This document shows, piece by piece, positions 1 to 6,241 of a stretch of DNA of 6,241 nucleotides (positions are counted from its first letter, which is position 1; every line of letters begins with the position of its first letter). The stretch is from Geosiphon pyriformis uo1 (taxonomy: Eukaryota; Fungi; Glomeromycota), in contig JAAOMT010000773.1 of the NCBI GenBank assembly GCA_016748015.1, positions 4,269 to 10,509 on the forward strand, in the 5' to 3' direction. A program made the translations under genes and the position numbers. Under the pieces are notes generated by a model. It was not told where the DNA came from and ran no database searches. It was given only the letters and a program-made list of their open reading frames with translations.

Positions 1-653
1 TTTCATATCTCTTTAACAAAATCCAATGATAATTGATAATTCCTCAAATAAATAAAATGAAATAATATTGAATTGATATATTAATATAAAGAAAAAATTT
101 CAATGTTTTGAAAATTTTCAATGTAATAATTATTCTTTAAAATTATGAAGTTAAGTTTTATTATTAATTAAGTGGATATTTAATAAGAATATAAATAAAA
201 TTTTTGAACAGATGATTATTTTAGTTTAAATTAATATCTTAATGACATAAACTTATTTATTAATGTAAAACTAAAAAAAATTAGTTTATTACATGAATTT
301 TAGAAACCCATTTTATTGAATAACATTTTAAATTGAGTTTGTTATTTTAATATTAAAAAATATTGCCTCATTAGAATTAATTATTATTGTATAATAATTT
401 GATGCATAATTTGCTTTTAAAATTTCATGAAGTTATTAAGCCATAACTATTTTTAAAAAATATCTGTATTAAGATTAGACAAAAAATTATTAATAATAAC
501 TAATAAATTTCTAATGCACCCAAATTTTCAAAGAAAGGGATTTCACGATAAAGTTATAACTAAAAGATCCCATCAATATTTGATTTATTGATTTTTAAAT
601 TTTCTTTAGCAGAAATATTGATACTTGGTTTGATTATCGATTCGAAATTCATC

Positions 654-671
654 ATTATTATTATTATTATT
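654..671 (+). repeat. (ATT)6 microsatellite
   Basis: ATTATTATTATTATTATT, preceded by one ATC unit. Confidence 0.9.
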
Positions 672-1106
672 ACTATTTCAATGATAAAAATATTAGTAAT
701 ACTAAGTTGCTGACTCATGTATTTTAGTACTCGGAATACTTAAGTAGAGAGTATTCTATATTGGTGAGAATATTCCGTGAGTTTTTGTAACTTCAAAAGA
801 TTTGTTTGAAATTTATCTTCTCAGAGCTATTAAACGTGATATAATGTTATCCAGACTTTTTATTGATTTATTAGAAAAATAAAAAAAAATTAATTCTAAT
901 TTTCAGGTTTACTTTGTTCAAACCTTTAATTTAAATTAAAATTAAGTAATAATATTTAAGGTTTTAGAAAATTAAACACACTTTTTAAAAATACTTATGC
1001 GTCAACAATTTAAGCGCTAAAAATCTGATTTTTATATCCAGGCATTTTCAATCATATATGAGTACAACTTTTTTAATTACACTATGTGGGGGTATCCGAG
1101 CATATA

Positions 1107-1132
1107 CAGTGTGCTGCAAAAAAAATTGGACA
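1107..1132 (+). repeat. Left terminal inverted repeat (CAGTGTGCTGCAAAAAAAATTGGACA)
   Basis: Reverse complement of 2353-2378 is CAGTGTGTTGCCAAAAAAATTGGACA, with mismatches only at TIR positions 8 and 12. Preceded by TA at 1105-1106. Confidence 0.96.
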
Positions 1133-1274
1133 AAAATACACATCACAAAACTTGATATAGTTTAACCAATTTAAGTTAGTTTGTGGCGGTTGAATTAGGA
1201 AGTGAATACAAAGATAAGTGGCTAAATATGATAAATTTTTTTCACGTGTTTTATTAATAAAATTTTCTTGCACA

Positions 1275-2256
1275 ATGCTACCTTCCCAAGCAAGAAACAC
1301 AGCACCAAACCGTTTTATATTTTTGGAATGAAGGGATACGAGACGCAACTGAAATAAAACAGCGAACAGATATACCACACTCTACTATCTATAATATCTT
1401 TAAAAAACTCAAAAAAACAGGAATAATGGAGCATGCGGGTGGAAATGGTTGGCCACAAAAAATTAAAAGAGATGTATCACAAACATTAGGACAATACCTC
1501 CATCGAGATTCTTCAATATCTTTGAGAACTTTGAAAATAAAATTAGCAAAAAAGAATGTAGACGTTTCTCCTAGTACTATCCAAAGGAATTTAATTAATC
1601 ATGGATATAAAAAACACTTGCCTTTGGCAACTCCAATACTCACCAATCTCCACAAAAAAAATTGTGTAAAGTGGGCTCAAGAACATCTCAATTATAATTG
1701 GAAAAGAACCGTTTTTTCGGATGAAACAGCTTTTTGTCTATTCCAAAATACAGTAGAACGTTGGTATAAAGGCCAGTGACCAATTTGTGCTATACCAAAA
1801 TATCAAACAAAAATTATGGCGTGGGGTAATTTTTATGAGAAAGAAAAGGTAAGTTTGTTTTGTTTTACTCAAATAATGGATGTTAAGTTCTATGTAGAAA
1901 TTATTCGTGAATATTTACCTGAGATAAGAGGAATATTAGGGAATAAGTGATGGTTTCAACAGGACAATGACCCAAAGCACACAAGCCGTCTAGCCAAAGC
2001 TTTTCTTCAAGAGAATATGCCTGAAGTTATAGCTTGGCCATCTAATAGTCCTGACTTGAATCCCATTGAAAACTTTTGGGCTATTATGAAAAGGAATGTG
2101 GAGAAGCGTATGCCCAAAAATCGGGATGAATTAGAGCAGTTTATGAAGGAAGAGTGGAGAGATATTCTCTGATCTACTCTAATTGGGTTAGTGGAATCAA
2201 TGAAACACCGTTGTGAGATGATAATTGCGAATAAGGGGGAAAGAATATCATACTAA
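1275..2256 (+). pseudogene. Tc1-family DD34E transposase pseudogene (~326 aa when repaired)
   Basis: ATG at 1275 (MLPS), then a frameshift near 1284-1287 into the frame of the 1426 ORF. That frame reads KQETQHQTVLYFWNEGIRDATEIKQRTDIPHSTIYNIFKKLKKTG (HTH-like), GNGWPQK (decayed GRPRK motif), a second HTH-like VDVSPSTIQRNL, WKRTVFSDET (D at 1720-1722), IMAWG, FQQDNDPKH (D at 1963-1965), WPSNSPDLNPIENFW (E at 2068-2070) and ends KGERISY-TAA at 2254-2256. Exactly 34 residues separate the second D and the E. In-frame TGA stops occur at 1777-1779, 1948-1950 and 2170-2172. Confidence 0.95.
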
Positions 2257-2265
2257 TTTTTTTTT

Positions 2266-2271
2266 AATAAA
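2266..2271 (+). promoter_or_regulatory. Candidate polyadenylation signal AATAAA of the transposase transcript
   Basis: AATAAA lies 9 nt after the transposase stop and inside the element. The hexamer is common by chance in such AT-rich DNA. Confidence 0.3.
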
Positions 2272-2352
2272 ATTATGTGCTTTTTAGCTTTCTAATAGTA
2301 TATAATTTATATCTTTTGGTGCATTGGATAAAGCATAGTGATTATTTTTTTC

Positions 2353-2378
2353 TGTCCAATTTTTTTGGCAACACACTG
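2353..2378 (-). repeat. Right terminal inverted repeat
   Basis: TGTCCAATTTTTTTGGCAACACACTG, followed by TA at 2379-2380. It is a 24/26 inverted match to 1107-1132. Confidence 0.96.
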
Positions 2379-3886
2379 TATCAATAAAAAGTATTAGTCA
2401 TAGAGGGTTTACAAATCAGCGACATAAGTCTTCTTAAAATTAATTAATACTAAATGAAAAAATCAGCAATTATTTTTTAAGCTTGTAACTATTTTATTTT
2501 AACCGCCAAATAAACTTTCGAAGAATATTCAATCAATCGATGTGGAAATATTGATTGGTAAGATTTTATACCTTTCTACTTACCTACTTCCTTAAATATA
2601 AATAATATTTTCAATCAACTAAATAGAGAATTAATTTAAGATATTTAAGAAAAAGACTTTTCACCCCGGAAAGTTATTTGATTACAAATCATCACCTAGA
2701 AACTTAATATAAAAATTTATTAAAACTATATATGATAATAACATGCACTCTCATCAGTTTTTGATAGATATTAATTTTAAATTAATCATTTAAACATCAA
2801 ACAACTTATTTTGTCTAAATTTTGAATAATATCTAATTATATAAGTTAATAATTTTTTTATACCTTTTTACTTTTATTAAACTTATGATTTATAAATTAA
2901 ACTGATTATTGAAACGTAAAAATATCAAAAATTTGTTTCGAAATTTTAAATTATGTCATGAAAATTTCCATAAAAGATAAACAATTTTTTGAATATTTTA
3001 ATTAAATTATTTATACAATTTTATTAAAGACCATAACTATAAATTTTAATGGGAAACTTTCATATAATTTTTATTAATAAAAATAAAATATTTACTTTAA
3101 AATATAATGTAATTATCAATTTGTTTTTAAAAATGATTTAATCATTTATAATCAAAATTTATTATTGCAATAATTTCTTAATTAAATATTTAAAATTACT
3201 ACCATGCAATTACCTTTTAGGTACAATCGAAATTTTTTTCTTTCATATCTCAGAATATAATGTATAAAAATTATTTTGCGTTTATTTATAAAATAGAAAA
3301 TTTCTTCTTTTCGAGTGCAATATTGTAATGAAAATATAAAATTTATTGTTTTAATTAAAGATATTACAAATAACCTTCGAATTTTGAAAAAATAAAAACT
3401 CAAAATTTTGTCAGGATAGAGCAAAAAGTGTTTTCAGTTGCACTTTTTTAAATATATATGAATTTTAATTTCAAATCAAAAACAAGAGGAAAATTTTCCA
3501 TTCGATATCATAAGAAAAAGGAAGCAAAATTAGATATTTTAAATTATTAAAAATTACCTCCATTTAAAAAATAGTATTAAGATGAAACCTATTTACGTGT
3601 CTTATGGTGAGGTTATATTTTGATTGAAACTTTCCATCTTTTAAGATTTTCATATTAAATATTTATTAACTCTACCGTTTTATGGTTCTAGTTCAGAGAT
3701 TACTTTTTATTAAAATGACATTTAAGTTCAAAACTTTTTTTGATGATTAAATAATTTAAATGATATTCTTTAAACTTTATTGTGAAGTTCATAATAATAG
3801 GCCATAGAATATTCTAGGAGTGAAAATTAATAAGATTGGTAGTAGAGTCTTCAGAATATGCATAATCAAATCAGATATAAGCAAAT

Positions 3887-4033
3887 TTATCTTTTTATAA
3901 TTTGAAAAACTTCATACTCCTCGAAAAGGAAATTCACCTGTTCCTTTTCTGATCGAGGCATTATAGCATGCTCATAATCTGTTTTCTTTCGACAAAAGCA
4001 CCCTGGACTATTTTTGAAATCTTCGCTACACAC
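3887..4033 (-). CDS. 3' end (48 aa) of a probable TLDc-domain protein, likely of the BTB/POZ-TLDc type; truncated by the N gap
   Basis: The minus strand is open from the gap edge: VCSEDFKNSPGCFCRKKTDYEHAIMPRSEKEQVNFLFEEYEVFQIIKR-TAA (stop at 3887-3889). The segment is more GC-rich than its flanks. The terminal YE..I…F..EEYEVFQI pattern matches my recollection of the last strand of TLDc domains, especially in Glomeromycota BTB-TLDc proteins. No database search was run. Confidence 0.75.
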   Translation of the reverse strand: MCSEDFKNSPGCFCRKKTDYEHAIMPRSEKEQVNFLFEEYEVFQIIKR

Positions 4034-4053
4034 NNNNNNNNNNNNNNNNNNNN
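4034..4053. other. Assembly gap or masked sequence (20 N), probably a placeholder length
   Basis: Run of 20 N's. Confidence 0.99.
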
Positions 4054-4076
4054 GTTAGATTTCGATTTAAGGACAT
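4054..4076 (-). CDS. Candidate 5' end (MSLNRNL…) of the gap-interrupted gene
   Basis: The minus strand reads TAGT-AAAAAA-ATG TCC TTA AAT CGA AAT CTA AC-[gap]. This is an A-rich start context pointing into the gap, on the same strand as the TLDc-like tail. Only 7 full codons are visible. Confidence 0.45.
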
Positions 4077-5415
4077 TTTTTTACTATATTCAAAAGTTTA
4101 ATGTATTTATATGTTTATATAATTTCATAATTAAGAATCTTATTAACAGCAATAGCTTTAATAAAATTTTTTAAGGCTTAATTGTTTGAAAAGTTAATTA
4201 ATTTTTTTGAATTTTAAGATACAATTCACAAATTTTCTTTATTAAAACTATGCTTTAAATAGCTTTGTTTATTAACAATAAAAACCTGAAAGTTTTTTTT
4301 GACAAGAGAATTTCTGATTTTTGAAATTAATTTTTTTTGTGATATTTGGTTACCAAATTTAATATAAAAACTATTTACTTAGATATTTAGTAAAATTAAT
4401 TGTATTATATAAAAAACAATTCAAATTAAAAAAGAAAATATTTTTATAATTTTTACAATTGTGAAAGTCAGATAATTAATTAAAGAATTGAAACTTTGTT
4501 TAATTCTTTTTTGATTAAAATAGTGATCTTAGTTCTTCAAATTTTGGTTATATGTTAGAAAAAAATAAGGATGATTAAAAAAAGAAGAATTTTAAATGGC
4601 AATAATTTTCAAATTTTGCATAATTGAACATTAATTGATACTACTACATTGTTTGGATTCTTCAATAAAACCTTTGACAGAAGCGATAAATTTCAGCTTT
4701 TGAAAAAATTCTTTTAAAAATACATTAATGTTTATTTGTTCATGTACAATGTTAAAAAGCATTACCTTAAATATTGATTATGCAAGAATAGTAGGATAAT
4801 GCAAATAACAATATAGATTTAAAAAAATCTATTTAAAGTATTCATTCTTTATTGTTCATATTTAAAAATTATTGTAGGCAATTTATAAGAATATAAAATG
4901 TTTGTATAGTAAACAATGTTAAAATATTCTAATCTATAATTAATAAAATCTATTCGATAAAAAAAGACAAATATAGAAAAGATAGTTTCTTAAAAAAAAT
5001 TAATATTTATTTCTGTGTTTTAATATATTATATTTTAAAATTAAATAAATAAATTTTATTTTTTTAGTTTTATAGAGCCTTATTTAAATAGCTTAAGTTT
5101 ACAATATTATCTATTGACAAAAGAGAAAAAATTTTGCACCAATTTTTTCTGTGTTTGTTAAAAGCTAAATAATTGGATTAATTAATTTTGTGTGCTTGAA
5201 ATTTTCTCTAAAAAAGATTCAATTTTTCAAATCTATCAAATGTTTAATTTTATTTCAATTTAAACTATAATATCTATTTTGAACTTAAAAGCCTTAAATA
5301 AGACAGAAAATTTTTAAACTAGAGTGAACAAAATATATTTTATCAGTGTTAAAATAGGTATTATTATGTTAAATTTATATTTTCTTTGTTAAATGTTAAC
5401 ACATAATGTGAAAGA

Positions 5416-5439
5416 AAAAATAAAAATAAAAATAAAAAT
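5416..5439 (+). repeat. (AAAAAT)4 microsatellite
   Basis: Four perfect tandem AAAAAT units. Confidence 0.85.
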
Positions 5440-5531
5440 AGTAATAAGAAAAGACTAACAATTAAATATAATTATATATTAAATTCCTAACTTTAAGTAA
5501 ATAAATAAGCTTTTTTAAAATAATCAATATA

Positions 5532-5978
5532 TTAATTGATATATAAGTAAATCAAAGAAATAAAAAATCTCTTGAAAAGATTAATCATTTGTACAGTTAT
5601 AAGATGAATAGTATAAACTACACTTAAATAAATGGTTGTTGAATAATATTTTATGTTGTTATTGTTGTTGTATTCTGCAGTATTTTGATTCTAAAAACTA
5701 TACTTCTTAGTAATGTCTTTACCATTAATGTTATTATTATTAACATTTTTAATCTTTTGGCAAAACAAGATAGAAATGTTTTCAGATTTTTTTCTATTTA
5801 AAATATCAATTACTAGGTGGTGGTCATGTAAAAAATTGTTAACAAGAGACTTTTTTGTTATTAATTTCCATAATAATATGGTGAAATTACAAATATAACT
5901 AGCCTTTGAAACATTTTTTCTCATAAAATTTTTGGCAGTATGTAAAGAATCACCCCAAATAGCTTTTTCTACTAGAAA
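5532..5978 (-). pseudogene. Possible decayed exon or unknown Asn-rich coding fragment
   Basis: One frame runs 149 codons with a single internal TAG (5691-5693): FLVEKAIWGDSLHTAKNFMRKNVSK…KNVNNNNINGKDITKKYSF*NQNTAEYNNNNNIKYYSTT…. A T-rich tract and an acceptor-like TTTCTAG/TAG lie at its 5' edge. I recognise no family. Confidence 0.3.
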
Positions 5979-6241
5979 TTAATATGCACAAATAAATAAA
6001 ACATTCAAGATTTTATTTTAATAAATAATTGCTTTTATTTTGAAACTACTTGATCTCAAAAATTTAAAAACCCTTTTTTATTTTCATATGAGTAAGTCTA
6101 TTAATAAAAAAATTATAATTTTCTGATTTTTACAAGCTATTTGTAATTAAAAACTTTATATAATAAAAACTAAAAGTTAAAATTGATACTATAATAATAT
6201 TTTAATCAAATTAAATTTGATCAAAATAAATGTATCAAAAA

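Larger units (their letters stand above)
1107..2378 (+). mobile_element. Full-length Tc1-like (IS630-Tc1-mariner superfamily, DD34E) DNA transposon, 1272 bp, non-autonomous through decay
   Basis: Begins CAGTGTG at 1107 and ends CACACTG at 2378. TA dinucleotides flank both ends (1105-1106 and 2379-2380). The 26-bp TIRs match at 24/26 positions and enclose a single Tc1-type transposase frame. CAGTG termini, a TA duplication and a ~1.3 kb length are established Tc1 hallmarks. Confidence 0.97.

Noticed and set aside
711-717. TGACTCA (AP-1/Gcn4-type site)
   Set aside because: It is a single 7-mer with no gene demonstrably linked to it, so chance cannot be excluded.
1082-1378. 98-aa minus-strand ORF from the track
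   Set aside because: It starts at GTG, is antisense to the transposase N-terminus, and runs through the TIR into flanking DNA. It has no recognisable motif and is best explained as a shadow ORF.
1426-1779. 117-aa ORF as a standalone gene
   Set aside because: It is an internal fragment of the transposase pseudogene. Homology continues upstream of the Met and downstream of the TGA.
3182-3424. 80-aa minus-strand ORF
   Set aside because: It has a TTG start and an F/I/K-rich composition typical of translated AT-rich non-coding DNA, with no motif.
3423-3448. Short inverted repeat AAAAAGTG/CACTTTTT, with similar 8-bp stems at 2655-2675 and 4813-4832
   Set aside because: Stems of 8 bp are expected by chance in DNA this AT-rich.
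3919-3958. Hairpin CCTCG-AAAAGGAA…TTCCTTTT-(bulge)-CGAGG resembling a terminator
   Set aside because: It lies within the TLDc-like coding sequence, has no U-tract, and the context appears eukaryotic.
3968-4174. 68-aa plus-strand ORF spanning the gap
   Set aside because: It depends on reading through N's and is the in-register antisense of the TLDc-like coding tail.
5713-5898. 61-aa plus-strand ORF with a hydrophobic, signal-peptide-like start
   Set aside because: The Leu run comes from the TTA repeat that is the antisense of the AAT (Asn) run. The opposite strand has the longer open frame. A small secreted peptide cannot be fully excluded.
1-6241. CRISPR array, tRNA/rRNA genes, or a prokaryotic IS630/operon interpretation
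   Set aside because: I found no regularly spaced direct repeats and no cloverleaf or rRNA motifs. Very low coding density, microsatellites and a Tc1-type DD34E transposase point to eukaryotic nuclear DNA.

Overview
Very AT-rich, gene-poor DNA that looks eukaryotic and nuclear. The protein fragments resemble families expanded in arbuscular mycorrhizal fungi (Glomeromycota), but that assignment is inferred from memory and not from a search. The clearest feature is a full-length, decayed Tc1-family (DD34E) DNA transposon at 1107-2378 (1272 bp). It has 26-bp terminal inverted repeats, TA target-site duplications and a ~326-aa transposase pseudogene with one frameshift and three TGA stops, and its damage looks CpG-deamination-biased. 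The ORF track misses a minus-strand gene around the 20-N gap. The last 48 codons of a probable TLDc-domain protein (…FLFEEYEVFQIIKR*) lie just left of the gap and a plausible start (AAAAAA-ATG-SLNRNL) lies just right of it, so the gap probably hides most of the gene. A long, nearly open, Asn-rich minus-strand frame at 5532-5978 may be an exon or pseudogene of unknown family. I see no RNA genes or CRISPR arrays, and no convincing evidence of a novel multi-gene system.
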